Shown here in pieces: positions 16,865-26,161 of a DNA stretch of 64,000 nucleotides. The notes beneath the pieces are model-generated. The model worked only from the letters and a program-made list of their open reading frames with translations, was not told where the DNA came from and made no database searches. Origin of the DNA: Gammaproteobacteria bacterium RIFCSPHIGHO2_12_FULL_39_24 (lineage in GTDB: Bacteria; Pseudomonadota; Gammaproteobacteria; Coxiellales; Coxiellaceae); the NCBI GenBank assembly GCA_001802455.1, contig MGXZ01000020.1, forward strand, positions 32,742-96,741, given 5' to 3'. The first letter of the stretch is position 1. Every line of letters starts with the position of its first letter. Position numbers and translations under genes: made by a program.

Positions 16865-19537
16865 AACGATCGCTAATCCAACACTCAATTTACAGAGCTG
16901 GATAAATACGCTGGGATAAAATGTGAATCGTAAAACGCCCGATCCCGCCGGAACGTCTACTGCCATAAAATACCCATCCGCCAAATAAATTGGGATGGGT
17001 CGATGATTCCAGCTCGCTTTCCAATCCGGCGAGAAACTATCATCAAATAAAATGATTGAGGGATGCGCGAAATGTAAGTGTAGTTGAATATGATCAGTAT
17101 CAGAAGATTTAAATTGCAATGGAATAAACCGACGCTGATTGTCCGAAGCTAATGCAATACCACTGGTCACAATGATTTTATCTACATTAAATTTTGGAGA
17201 AGCAACCAATGTTAATTGTTGCTGAGTAGTTGGCAAGCTAATCGAATCAGAAAAAGCCGAAAATCGTGACAATGCATTCGGGCGAATAATTAATTTTTTC
17301 TGCGTATCAAAATCATATTTGACACCCATCAAATCTAAAAACCGCTGATTTTTACTCCGCGGAACAATACCCGCTCGTGTAAACCACGTTTCATGCGATT
17401 TCATTGCCAAAATAAATCGTTCCAATTTGTCACTGACAATGGAATCTACACCGCCATAACTACGCAATCCATATATCATAAAAATATTAGATTGCGCAGC
17501 TCCTGATGGATTGTGCGTATAAAGATGCGGCCTATTCATTCGATAATCCCACAAATCCAGTTTGTTTTGACGCGACATAATTGATTGATACATGTTTTCA
17601 TCACCCGGATAAATGGAATTCACCGACACAAAAGGCGGATTCATTCCGGCATATTCATACACTTTTGTATAAAACAACAAATCTCCAGCTGCGAAGAAAA
17701 AAATCAACGATAAAAACAACATCATTGAAATTTTTTTGTCACGAAGAAATAAAAATAAAACCCAGGTAACTGCAAAAACAGCAATAAATCGAAGTACAGC
17801 AAAAATAGAGTATGCAATCAAATAAGGATTTTGTTGATCCGATGATTTGGGATTGATAAAAATCATCACGATACAAAACAAGATACCCAAAACCAGTAAT
17901 ACATTTTTATGCAATTGTTTATCAGTATCGATATGGGTTAGCAAATAAAATGTGGCATAAGCCCAAATCATCGAGCACAGCGTGTAGAATAACGGCGTAA
18001 AGTTAATAACCACAGGATGATGCATCAACAGATAAATGACAAAACCAAACAAGTACAAAAACGCCACCAACAATACGCCCATTATAATACGCTGAGCCAT
18101 ATGAACAAGATTTTGTGTATCCAAATTAATTTTATTCACTGCAATAATTGTGCAAACAAACAATGCGGTCAGCACTAATTTTAAAAAAATAAAAAGGGGT
18201 AGCGCATAATGACTACCAGAAAGTATTAATCCAAAAACTCTACTGTAATAAGCGATAGCGGCACATAAAAATAAACCCGCAATAAGAATAGCGCCCTTCA
18301 AAAAAAGATCAAGACGAATATTATTCGTCTGTGTCATGCCATATAAAACATATCCAATAGAAGCAAACATAACAAATGACGTTACAATGCGAAAATATTC
18401 TGTGGTTACCAAGGGTGCCGTGATAAATCCAACAATATCGGATAATGGTTGTATTAAATAAACAAAAGTCACGCAACCGAGTATTGCCAAAAGACCCACT
18501 GTGCGAACTTTATAATCTATTCCACCAAATCCCGCTAATAAAATCACAAAAACGGCTGGCATGCCAAAATACAAAAGATTGTGCATTTGAATATGCACGG
18601 CCCCACTGCCCAACATCGAAAAGAATGTAGCGGATTCACCCAGGTAAGTGCCGAAAATACCGGGGATCATACCTGTTAATAAAAGATATCCATGCGTTCC
18701 ATCTACCGACTGCGGCCACAGGGAACCTTGCGCTGTTCCACTATGCAGCAATGCACTCAAAATGGGATACCATCGATATGCTGACATTGCCATCGAAAAT
18801 AAAAATGCACTAATCACTACGCTAACGGGATAGCGCCAGGGTTTCAGCAGAAATGGATAATTTTTTACAAAAAATACAGCGGCAATAATAGTTCCAAACG
18901 CAGCGATAAACCCAAAATGACCAATACCGAATAAAAAGAAAAAACCTAATACCAAATACACAAAATTAAATAAAACTGATCGGTTATCGAGTGTTAAAAA
19001 CAAATACAAAATCAGCATGGTGAGAAAAAAACCTTCCACCCCGATAAAAGTCATGGTGCAAAACCAAGTAAATCCGGATAATTGTGTTACCAGCGCTAAA
19101 AATAAAATACCAATTCTGGGAATAGCAAACAAATTAAAAATCTTAAAAGCGAGCACACCAATTAATGCTATCTCAATGAATTCAATTACTGTCAGCAAAG
19201 AGAAAATATATTTTTCTGGTACCAACAAAAGCGGCCAATTTGCTGGATTTAACAAATGATCGTGAAAACTCGTGGTAAAATCCATACCCGCAAAAATATA
19301 CGGATTCCAAAGACCCAACGAATGCTGATGCCATTCTCGATACCCATAAATAATATTGGGATAATGATTAAATAAACTATCGGTTGTAGAAACAATATAA
19401 GAGGCATAAATAAAAAATGGTGTGAAAATAAAAAATGAAAACAGCCAAAAAAGAATCCAGGTGTATTTTGATTCTGAAAAATTTTCCAGTTGCTTTAGAA
19501 AATATCGTGCCGTGAGTGGTTTATAAAACATGGTCAT
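16817..19537 (-). CDS. YfhO-like polytopic GT-C glycosyltransferase
   Basis: 906-aa ORF with more than 20 hydrophobic helices and a soluble C-terminal domain. That domain ends with the YfhO-like segment FSPDWKASWNHRPIPIYLADGYFMAVDVPAGSGVLRFTFYP and a final TM helix. Confidence 0.7.
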   Translation of the reverse strand: MTMFYKPLTARYFLKQLENFSESKYTWILFWLFSFFIFTPFFIYASYIVSTTDSLFNHYPNIIYGYREWHQHSLGLWNPYIFAGMDFTTSFHDHLLNPANWPLLLVPEKYIFSLLTVIEFIEIALIGVLAFKIFNLFAIPRIGILFLALVTQLSGFTWFCTMTFIGVEGFFLTMLILYLFLTLDNRSVLFNFVYLVLGFFFLFGIGHFGFIAAFGTIIAAVFFVKNYPFLLKPWRYPVSVVISAFLFSMAMSAYRWYPILSALLHSGTAQGSLWPQSVDGTHGYLLLTGMIPGIFGTYLGESATFFSMLGSGAVHIQMHNLLYFGMPAVFVILLAGFGGIDYKVRTVGLLAILGCVTFVYLIQPLSDIVGFITAPLVTTEYFRIVTSFVMFASIGYVLYGMTQTNNIRLDLFLKGAILIAGLFLCAAIAYYSRVFGLILSGSHYALPLFIFLKLVLTALFVCTIIAVNKINLDTQNLVHMAQRIIMGVLLVAFLYLFGFVIYLLMHHPVVINFTPLFYTLCSMIWAYATFYLLTHIDTDKQLHKNVLLVLGILFCIVMIFINPKSSDQQNPYLIAYSIFAVLRFIAVFAVTWVLFLFLRDKKISMMLFLSLIFFFAAGDLLFYTKVYEYAGMNPPFVSVNSIYPGDENMYQSIMSRQNKLDLWDYRMNRPHLYTHNPSGAAQSNIFMIYGLRSYGGVDSIVSDKLERFILAMKSHETWFTRAGIVPRSKNQRFLDLMGVKYDFDTQKKLIIRPNALSRFSAFSDSISLPTTQQQLTLVASPKFNVDKIIVTSGIALASDNQRRFIPLQFKSSDTDHIQLHLHFAHPSIILFDDSFSPDWKASWNHRPIPIYLADGYFMAVDVPAGSGVLRFTFYPSVFIQLCKLSVGLAIVLLLLVLFEIIRWKRV

Positions 19538-20273
19538 CTATCGCCAAAGTAAATCCCGCATTCACTGCATCATTTCGAAACATCTTGACGGTGTCGAGTG
19601 AATACTCTGATAACTCTTTTCCAATTAACGGTAATTTTTTTAATACATCATTTGTCACGGTAATAATATGGCAACCTATTTCATCTGCTTGAATAATATT
19701 AAGCAACTCTCTGGGACTGGCCCAAATTAATTCGAGCTGTGAATTGCTAGACATTATTTGTAAAGCGGTTTTCACAATGGGCAATGGATCACGACCCGTA
19801 TCGGCAATTCTTCCAGCAAATACGGAGATACACGCAGCAGGACCTTTCGCCAACGCATTATTTACAACTTCAACTTGTTGCAATGTCATGAGTGCCGTTA
19901 CATTTTGTTTCACACCTTCACTCGCTAATTCACGAATTAACGAAACAGAAGATTCGCCTTTTGTGTTTGACACAGGAATTTTGACATAAATATTTTTACC
20001 CCAACTCGCTATTTTTAAAGCTTGTGCATGCATCTCTTTAAAATCATCTGAAAATACTTCAAATGAAATGGGGCGATCAGGGATACAAGCAACCATTTCG
20101 CGCGCAAATTTTTCGTAGTCATTAATGCCGGCTTTGCGCATGAGTGTTGGATTGGTGGTAAATCCTTTAATAAAGGGTTGATGATACATTTCCATCATGC
20201 TAGATTTGTCAGCACCATCTGCAAAAATTTTTACTTTCATTTCTTGTTGCGTTTTCATTGCGTCACCTCTCAA
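19521..20273 (-). CDS. Transaldolase / fructose-6-phosphate aldolase family
   Basis: 250-aa ORF with KIFADGAD and NIYVKIPVS (Schiff-base Lys context). Alternative starts are at 20258 and 20240. Confidence 0.8.
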   Translation of the reverse strand: MRGDAMKTQQEMKVKIFADGADKSSMMEMYHQPFIKGFTTNPTLMRKAGINDYEKFAREMVACIPDRPISFEVFSDDFKEMHAQALKIASWGKNIYVKIPVSNTKGESSVSLIRELASEGVKQNVTALMTLQQVEVVNNALAKGPAACISVFAGRIADTGRDPLPIVKTALQIMSSNSQLELIWASPRELLNIIQADEIGCHIITVTNDVLKKLPLIGKELSEYSLDTVKMFRNDAVNAGFTLAIDDHVL

Positions 20274-20301
20274 AACACCTCCATCACAGCATCACTCGCT
20301 T

Positions 20302-20442
20302 CTTAAATGCGAATTAAGAGCTGAATTTGCATTTACTCGTGGGCGACTGGGGGGTACTTGTTTTTCGTGAAAATGACACAAAAACAAGCACACCCCAATT
20401 TCCCGCTCGCGCTTTTAATTTTGCTCTTAATTCGCATTTAAG
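20302..20442. repeat. Palindromic MITE/REP-like element, copy B (141 bp)
   Basis: It has perfect 20-bp terminal inverted repeats, CTTAAATGCGAATTAAGAGC (20302..20321) and GCTCTTAATTCGCATTTAAG (20423..20442). The core is TTTTTCGTGAAAATGACACAAAAA. It fills most of the 193-nt gap between two co-oriented genes. Confidence 0.9.
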
Positions 20443-20466
20443 ATATTTTCTTGAAGCGCAAAACTT

Positions 20467-21141
20467 TTATTTAGCAACCGACTCCCACTTTGTTTCCACT
20501 GTTTTTAACAAAGGATGCGAAACCAGCAAATGCCAAATCACTCCCTGAAACGCTTCTGCATGCGGCGTTGTATGTGATGCATTATCCACGGGTATTAACA
20601 CACAGGCATCTGCCATTTTTTTAGTATATCCGCCATCACGACTCACAATACCAACAATTTTTGCTTTTCTATCAACAGCCAGTTGAATAGCAAAAACCAA
20701 ATTAGGGCTCACATTTTTTTCTACATTGCCGCCACCCACTGAGAGAATAAAAATAGCGTCACGTTCATTTAATTTGCTAACTACCAACCAACTTGAAAAT
20801 GTGGTCTCCCATCCTTCATCATTGGTTCTGGCGGTTAATTCAGAAACATTATCCGTTGGCGCGTAAGCTTCCATACCCACAATTTTTCGAAAATCATTAA
20901 CGGCATGTGATGCATTAGCAGCGCTACCACCCACACCCAAAATAAAAAGACGACCATTATTTTTTTTCACGTCTGCAAGAATGCGCACCATGTTTTCAAT
21001 AGAGGCAACATCTAATTTATCAATGACTGTTTTTGCTTCGGCTAAAAATTGAGATGAAAATGTCATGGTTTTATTTCCTGTATTAATTTTGCGAATAATG
21101 GATCTTGCATCCGTTCGTTTATTTTTGTGAATTTTTATCAT
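20467..21141 (-). CDS. gmhA: SIS-domain sugar-phosphate isomerase (phosphoheptose isomerase-like)
   Basis: 224-aa ORF with LGVGGSAANASHAVNDFRK, typical of GmhA-type SIS proteins. It has an N-terminal extension of about 30 aa. Confidence 0.65.
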   Translation of the reverse strand: MIKIHKNKRTDARSIIRKINTGNKTMTFSSQFLAEAKTVIDKLDVASIENMVRILADVKKNNGRLFILGVGGSAANASHAVNDFRKIVGMEAYAPTDNVSELTARTNDEGWETTFSSWLVVSKLNERDAIFILSVGGGNVEKNVSPNLVFAIQLAVDRKAKIVGIVSRDGGYTKKMADACVLIPVDNASHTTPHAEAFQGVIWHLLVSHPLLKTVETKWESVAK

Positions 21142-21164
21142 ATAAGCCTGCGGGGAATCCGACT

Positions 21165-21223
21165 ATCGCAACACCCCATCGTTCTCGTCTTAAAAGACTC
21201 ACCCGATGGGGAAGTGTTGCGAT
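21165..21223. repeat. Imperfect hairpin / possible degenerate palindromic element
   Basis: ATCGCAACACCCCATCG (21165..21181) pairs with CGATGGGGAAGTGTTGCGAT (21204..21223) with a 2-nt bulge. No U-tract follows on the transcribed strand, so it is not a canonical terminator. Confidence 0.5.
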
Positions 21224-21278
21224 GTCACCTCCTCGGCTTTTGAGGAAAAATTCAAAAAATGCTCTCACTTCTTCAGCA

Positions 21279-22001
21279 TTATTCGCATTTTAAATGCATC
21301 GGTATATACCTTGAAAACGCTTCAATGCCTTCCGCAGAACCAATTTCATAAAATCGATTTTCAACTTCATAACTGGCCAATTCATTTCGCGATAATAATG
21401 CTTGATAGAGTTGCGCCAAATCAAATTTTTTTTCCTTCTTTTTTAAATCAAATGCCTTTTGATTAAAAATTCCAAGCCCATAATCGATATAATGCATATC
21501 ATCCGTTTTATTTAATTTATCGTATACACTGATTTCATTGTTTTGGTAAACAATATTACTCTTGTCCCCTTGATCACGATTATGATAAATGGTCATCAGT
21601 GATAGTTTTTTTGAAGTCACATATTTTTTTTGAACAGCTGCGAAATCACAATCAAGATAAGAATCCCCATACATAACAAAAAAATTTTCTGATTCAACAA
21701 CCGATAAAGCGTTTTTCACAGCACCTCCGGTTCCCAGTAATTGTTCTCCATCCAACGAATAACGCACATCCACATTATATTTTTTACCATCTCCAACCTG
21801 TTGCATAATGGAATCACATAAATAACCCAATGACAAAATAACTTTCGTAATACCTTTATTGCGTAATAACGTGAGTTGATAATCAATAAAGGGTTTTCCA
21901 TGAATAGAAATTAACGATTTCGGTATTGTTTTTGTGACGGGATAAAGTCGTGTGGCTAAACCACCCGCTACAATAATCATTGGAAAAAGCGTATTCGTCA
22001 T
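21279..22001 (-). CDS. Sugar-1-phosphate nucleotidyltransferase (HddC-like)
   Basis: 240-aa ORF with IIVAGGLATRLYPVTKTIPKSL. It has a 4-nt overlap with the upstream kinase gene. Confidence 0.8.
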   Translation of the reverse strand: MTNTLFPMIIVAGGLATRLYPVTKTIPKSLISIHGKPFIDYQLTLLRNKGITKVILSLGYLCDSIMQQVGDGKKYNVDVRYSLDGEQLLGTGGAVKNALSVVESENFFVMYGDSYLDCDFAAVQKKYVTSKKLSLMTIYHNRDQGDKSNIVYQNNEISVYDKLNKTDDMHYIDYGLGIFNQKAFDLKKKEKKFDLAQLYQALLSRNELASYEVENRFYEIGSAEGIEAFSRYIPMHLKCE

Positions 22002-22981
22002 GATTCTGCAACAACGTGAGTGCCATTAAAATCAAAATTAAAACGCACTTCTGGAAAGTTTGCTTCGCGCATAATTTTTCGTAACTGTTGTTTATTCTTA
22101 GCATAAAATAGCAAGAAACCACCGCCACCCGCACCAATCATCTTTCCACCCAACGCGCCATTTTTTAGTGCGAGATCATACAAGTCATCAATATGCGCAT
22201 TGCTCATACTTTTTGACCGTTTCTTTTTATGCTGCCAATGTACATTCATTAAATCAGCAAATGTTTCTGCATCACCCTTTTCTAAAGCAGTTTTACTTTT
22301 CAAACCAATTTCTTTCACAAAATGCAAATTATCAATCATCTCTTGATTGTTATCTTTGCTTTTATCATCTTGCTCTTTCAAAATGGACGACGCTGAACGA
22401 GAATATCCGGTAAAAAATAATAGTAAATTTTCTTCCAAATCAAACAAGGTATCTTGATCCACTTTTAAAGGATAGGCATTCACTTGATTATCTTTCGTGA
22501 ATTCAAAACAAGTTAAACCACCATAAGCGGCAATGTATTGATCTTGTTTTCCAATCGGTTCGTTCAATAAATTCAGTTCAATGTGACACGCTTCTTCTGC
22601 TAATTGCTTGGCATCAACAAGACCTTTATGTAACGTGTGTAATGCTTTCAGTAAAGCAGTGGTAAAACTGCCCGATGATCCCAAACCGGTTCCTGCTGGA
22701 ATGTCTGCCATACTGGTAATTTCTAATTGGAGGGGATGCACATTAAGATAACGTAATGTTTCGCGAATCAGCGGATGTTTAATTTGATTAATTTCGCTAA
22801 CACGTTCTAGTTCTGAATATTTGATAATTAAATCGGGAAAAAATGTTTTATGTAACGTGATATACACATATTTATTAATCGCTGCCGCAATTAAAAAACC
22901 GGAGTGATTTTGATAATATGACGGTAAATCAGTTCCGCCACCTCCCAAAGAAATTCTAAGCGGGCTACGCACCACAATCAT
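21998..22981 (-). CDS. GHMP-family sugar kinase, HddA-like (second copy)
   Basis: 327-aa ORF with SPLRISLGGGGTDLPSYY and the GHMP motif IPAGTGLGSSGSF. Confidence 0.78.
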   Translation of the reverse strand: MIVVRSPLRISLGGGGTDLPSYYQNHSGFLIAAAINKYVYITLHKTFFPDLIIKYSELERVSEINQIKHPLIRETLRYLNVHPLQLEITSMADIPAGTGLGSSGSFTTALLKALHTLHKGLVDAKQLAEEACHIELNLLNEPIGKQDQYIAAYGGLTCFEFTKDNQVNAYPLKVDQDTLFDLEENLLLFFTGYSRSASSILKEQDDKSKDNNQEMIDNLHFVKEIGLKSKTALEKGDAETFADLMNVHWQHKKKRSKSMSNAHIDDLYDLALKNGALGGKMIGAGGGGFLLFYAKNKQQLRKIMREANFPEVRFNFDFNGTHVVAES

Positions 22982-23954
22982 AGTGTGAGTCCTTGTAAAT
23001 TTTATCTACTATCACGAGCGCTGCATGCGCATCACCTAAATTTGCTTCGGGCGTTTTATTATGCTTAATGTCATCAAGAAAATGGATAAATTCAACTTCC
23101 CAAGAATTGTCCGCTGTTGGATATTCCCATGAAAATGCTTCCGGTGGCCCCATTTCAGGAAGCATTTTATAAAAAGTGATGCGTTCGATACCATAACTGC
23201 CACCCAAACCATCGATCGCGATCTTACCATTCTTCCCGTAAATCTCAAATGAAAAAGTATTTTTCCATTCGGTACAACTGACATGCAAAAATGCCGTTTG
23301 TTTTTTTGCTGTTTGTAAAATTAAAAATGCATTGTCATCAACGGGCATATTCCAAAAATACGTATGCGCATGTCCAACAACATCCGTAAAATCACCTAAA
23401 AACCAACGCGCGAGATCGATGACATGTACACCTTGATCGATTAATTCACCGCCACCCGATAATACAGGATTGGCACGCCATTCTTTTTCATAACCCAGTC
23501 TGCCGCCGTGACCGTAGCGCGCGCGCAGAAACATCAGTTCACCCAACGCACCTTCATTAATCAGTTCTTTTGCTTTTTGCATGGCGCGATGATAACGATG
23601 ATTAAATCCAACGCGCACCAACACATTATTTTTTTTTGCAGCATGAATAATTGGATCTAACGCTTTCGCATTTTTGGCAGCAGGTTTTTCAACTAAAACA
23701 TGTTTTTTGGCGTTGATTGCGGCCAGTGTTATTTCAGGCAATAAATAATGCGGTGTCGCGATAATAACAATATTAATCTCAGGATCATTAATCACATCGT
23801 GCCAATTATTAGATGCAATACAATTGGAAAAGACGGCTGCGAGTTTTTCTGCTTTTTGAATATCGTGATCCACGCACCGTTTCAAAATGCATTCTTGTAA
23901 TAACTGTGCGCGTTTATTGCCGATTAATCCGCAACCAATAATTCCGATATTCAT
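22965..23954 (-). CDS. Gfo/Idh/MocA-family NAD(P)-dependent oxidoreductase
   Basis: 329-aa ORF with IGIIGCGLIGNKRA and a VLVEKPAA (EKP) motif. Confidence 0.85.
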   Translation of the reverse strand: MNIGIIGCGLIGNKRAQLLQECILKRCVDHDIQKAEKLAAVFSNCIASNNWHDVINDPEINIVIIATPHYLLPEITLAAINAKKHVLVEKPAAKNAKALDPIIHAAKKNNVLVRVGFNHRYHRAMQKAKELINEGALGELMFLRARYGHGGRLGYEKEWRANPVLSGGGELIDQGVHVIDLARWFLGDFTDVVGHAHTYFWNMPVDDNAFLILQTAKKQTAFLHVSCTEWKNTFSFEIYGKNGKIAIDGLGGSYGIERITFYKMLPEMGPPEAFSWEYPTADNSWEVEFIHFLDDIKHNKTPEANLGDAHAALVIVDKIYKDSHYDCGA

Positions 23955-24844
23955 TTTTCATCACCCCACGACAAATTGCGATCTGTCGGTACAATGCGTC
24001 GCAACGTATACACATCCGTTTTTTGTAAATCGGATAAATGCATTTGTAAATCTTTCCAAGGATCCCACACCGCGCTGATTAATTTTCCGGTGATGTTATC
24101 ACTTTCGCTCGAAGCAAGATAAACACATAATTCAGCACCTGTTTCTAACGGCGATCCACCCGTTTCTTTTTGCTTGAGCAATTGCTGATAAAATGCATGG
24201 CCAACAATATCGGAGCCTGCTGTCAATACGTCATCCAGTAAGCGTGTATTTAATGCGCCGGGTGCCACGGCATTCACATCAATGTGATCTGTTTTTAATT
24301 CTTCTGCCAGTGTTTCTGCAAAACGCACAATCGCTGCTTTTGATACTGCATACGCACTTAAATTGGGCATGGGTTTGGTAGCACCACCACCGGATAAAAT
24401 AATAATTTTACTGCGCTTGTTTTTTTTTAGATAAGGAATAGCTGCTTTGCAAGAAAACACCGTCCCTTTTAAATTAATATCAATGGCGGTTGACCATTCA
24501 TCCCAATTAATTGTTTCAATCGAACCTTTAGGTCCATGAATTCCCGCATTACAAACCAAAACAGAAATTTTTCCGGTGGATTGATTTGCTAAATGCATTA
24601 GTTTTTCAACATCAGCGATTTTTGAAATATCAGCTCGGCAAGAAATGATTTTTTTATGATGTGGATTACAATTTGATAATTCAGCAACAGCCTCATTTAA
24701 TTTTTTTTCATCGCGCGCGCAAATCGTAATATCAGCACCTTCTGCTAAAAATGCTTTGCTGATGGCCAATCCCAAACCTTGATTAGCGCCCGTAATAACA
24801 GCTGAAACAGTGGATAGTTTCATTTGCGCTGCTCCAAGATCCAC
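23951..24844 (-). CDS. Classical short-chain dehydrogenase/reductase
   Basis: 297-aa ORF with VITGANQGLGLAI and YAVSKAA. The likely start is the ATG at 24823, which forms an ATGA overlap with the upstream stop. Confidence 0.85.
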   Translation of the reverse strand: MDLGAAQMKLSTVSAVITGANQGLGLAISKAFLAEGADITICARDEKKLNEAVAELSNCNPHHKKIISCRADISKIADVEKLMHLANQSTGKISVLVCNAGIHGPKGSIETINWDEWSTAIDINLKGTVFSCKAAIPYLKKNKRSKIIILSGGGATKPMPNLSAYAVSKAAIVRFAETLAEELKTDHIDVNAVAPGALNTRLLDDVLTAGSDIVGHAFYQQLLKQKETGGSPLETGAELCVYLASSESDNITGKLISAVWDPWKDLQMHLSDLQKTDVYTLRRIVPTDRNLSWGDEK

Positions 24845-25776
24845 TGATTACTTTTTAAATATTCTAGTGTATTGATAACCGCTTCTTTGATGGTGAGTTT
24901 AGGTTTCCATCCCAATGCATTTATTTTCTTGGTATCCAGAAAAATAAACGGGTTATCACCAATCCAACCGCGGTCACCGCCAGAATAAATTTTTTCTGGC
25001 GTGAGTCCTAAATGATTACAAATCCAATCAATAGAATTATTCACTTCACAATACGCATCAACTCCTAAATTAAAAATATTGATGCGATCCTGTGCGTGTT
25101 GTATTGCAACTTGAATCGCATCTAAACAATCTTGAATATACAAATAGGATTTTCTTTGTTTGCCGTTACCCAATATGTGTAATTTATGTGGGTTTTGCAG
25201 TAATTGTTTATAGAAATCAAATACGTGGCCATGCGTATACCGCTCACCTAAAATAGACACAAATCGAAAAATCCAAGATTGAAAATTAAATCCTTCGCAA
25301 TAAGCCTGAATTAATCCTTCTGCCGCTAACTTTGACGCACCATATAATGACGTTTGAGTTGGAAATGCGGTTGTTTCAGGTGTTGGAAATTCTGTTGCTT
25401 CTCCATAAATTGAACCCGTTGATGCAAAGACAATTTTTTTAATATTGTTTTTTCGCATTGCTTCCAGCACATGATAAGTAGCAATCGTATTTTGTTGTAA
25501 ATCTTTTTCGGGATAATCTGTTCCAAATCGTACGTCTGCATTGGCAGCAAAATGTATTACAAAATCACACCCCTTCATCGTTTCTGTTAATGCGGGCAAA
25601 TTTAATAAATCATTTTCTACGAACATGAAATGAGAATTTTTTTGAGCGGATTCAAGAAAAGCGGGTAATCCTGTCGAAAAATTATCATAACCTACCACAT
25701 CATTTTTTTCATGCAGCAGTCGATCTACTAAAGAACTACCGATAAATCCTGCGCTGCCTGTGACAAAATACTTCAT
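24820..25776 (-). CDS. NAD-dependent nucleotide-sugar epimerase/dehydratase-family protein
   Basis: 318-aa ORF with FVTGSAGFIGSSL and YGASKLA (YxxxK). The context ASTGSIYG looks epimerase/reductase-like. Confidence 0.85.
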   Translation of the reverse strand: MKYFVTGSAGFIGSSLVDRLLHEKNDVVGYDNFSTGLPAFLESAQKNSHFMFVENDLLNLPALTETMKGCDFVIHFAANADVRFGTDYPEKDLQQNTIATYHVLEAMRKNNIKKIVFASTGSIYGEATEFPTPETTAFPTQTSLYGASKLAAEGLIQAYCEGFNFQSWIFRFVSILGERYTHGHVFDFYKQLLQNPHKLHILGNGKQRKSYLYIQDCLDAIQVAIQHAQDRINIFNLGVDAYCEVNNSIDWICNHLGLTPEKIYSGGDRGWIGDNPFIFLDTKKINALGWKPKLTIKEAVINTLEYLKSNQWILEQRK

Positions 25777-25786
25777 ATTATTTTTC

Positions 25787-26161
25787 TTATTTAAAAACCC
25801 AATATCTCGCCATCATATATCCAGACAACACAGTGACACCAATAGCAGAAACCATACCAAAATAAGGTGAACATTGTAATTCAGAAACAATGAAATACAC
25901 AATCGTCATGGTGATGACGTAATTTACCATTACCATCACAACATATTTTACAATGTGTTTTTGTAAATTCTTTCCATTCACAGCAAATGTGAAATATCGA
26001 TTCATAGTAAAATGGGTTATCACAGACATGATATAAGCAAAAGAAATGGCGAGTTGATAATGAACATGAAATCCCTGAAAAAATAATGCAAACACGCCAA
26101 AATAAACGGTTGCTGATAATCCACCAATCAGACAATAAAAAATAACAGGGTGCATTCTCAT
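25787..26161 (-). CDS. GtrA-family membrane protein
   Basis: 124-aa ORF with four hydrophobic helices. It has a 4-nt overlap with the upstream GT2 gene. Confidence 0.7.
   Translation of the reverse strand: MRMHPVIFYCLIGGLSATVYFGVFALFFQGFHVHYQLAISFAYIMSVITHFTMNRYFTFAVNGKNLQKHIVKYVVMVMVNYVITMTIVYFIVSELQCSPYFGMVSAIGVTVLSGYMMARYWVFK

Noticed and set aside
21165-21260. Intrinsic terminator between the hddC-like and gmhA-like genes
   Set aside because: The hairpin is long and bulged. It is not followed by a U-tract on the transcribed (minus) strand, so it fits a REP-like structure better than a Rho-independent terminator.
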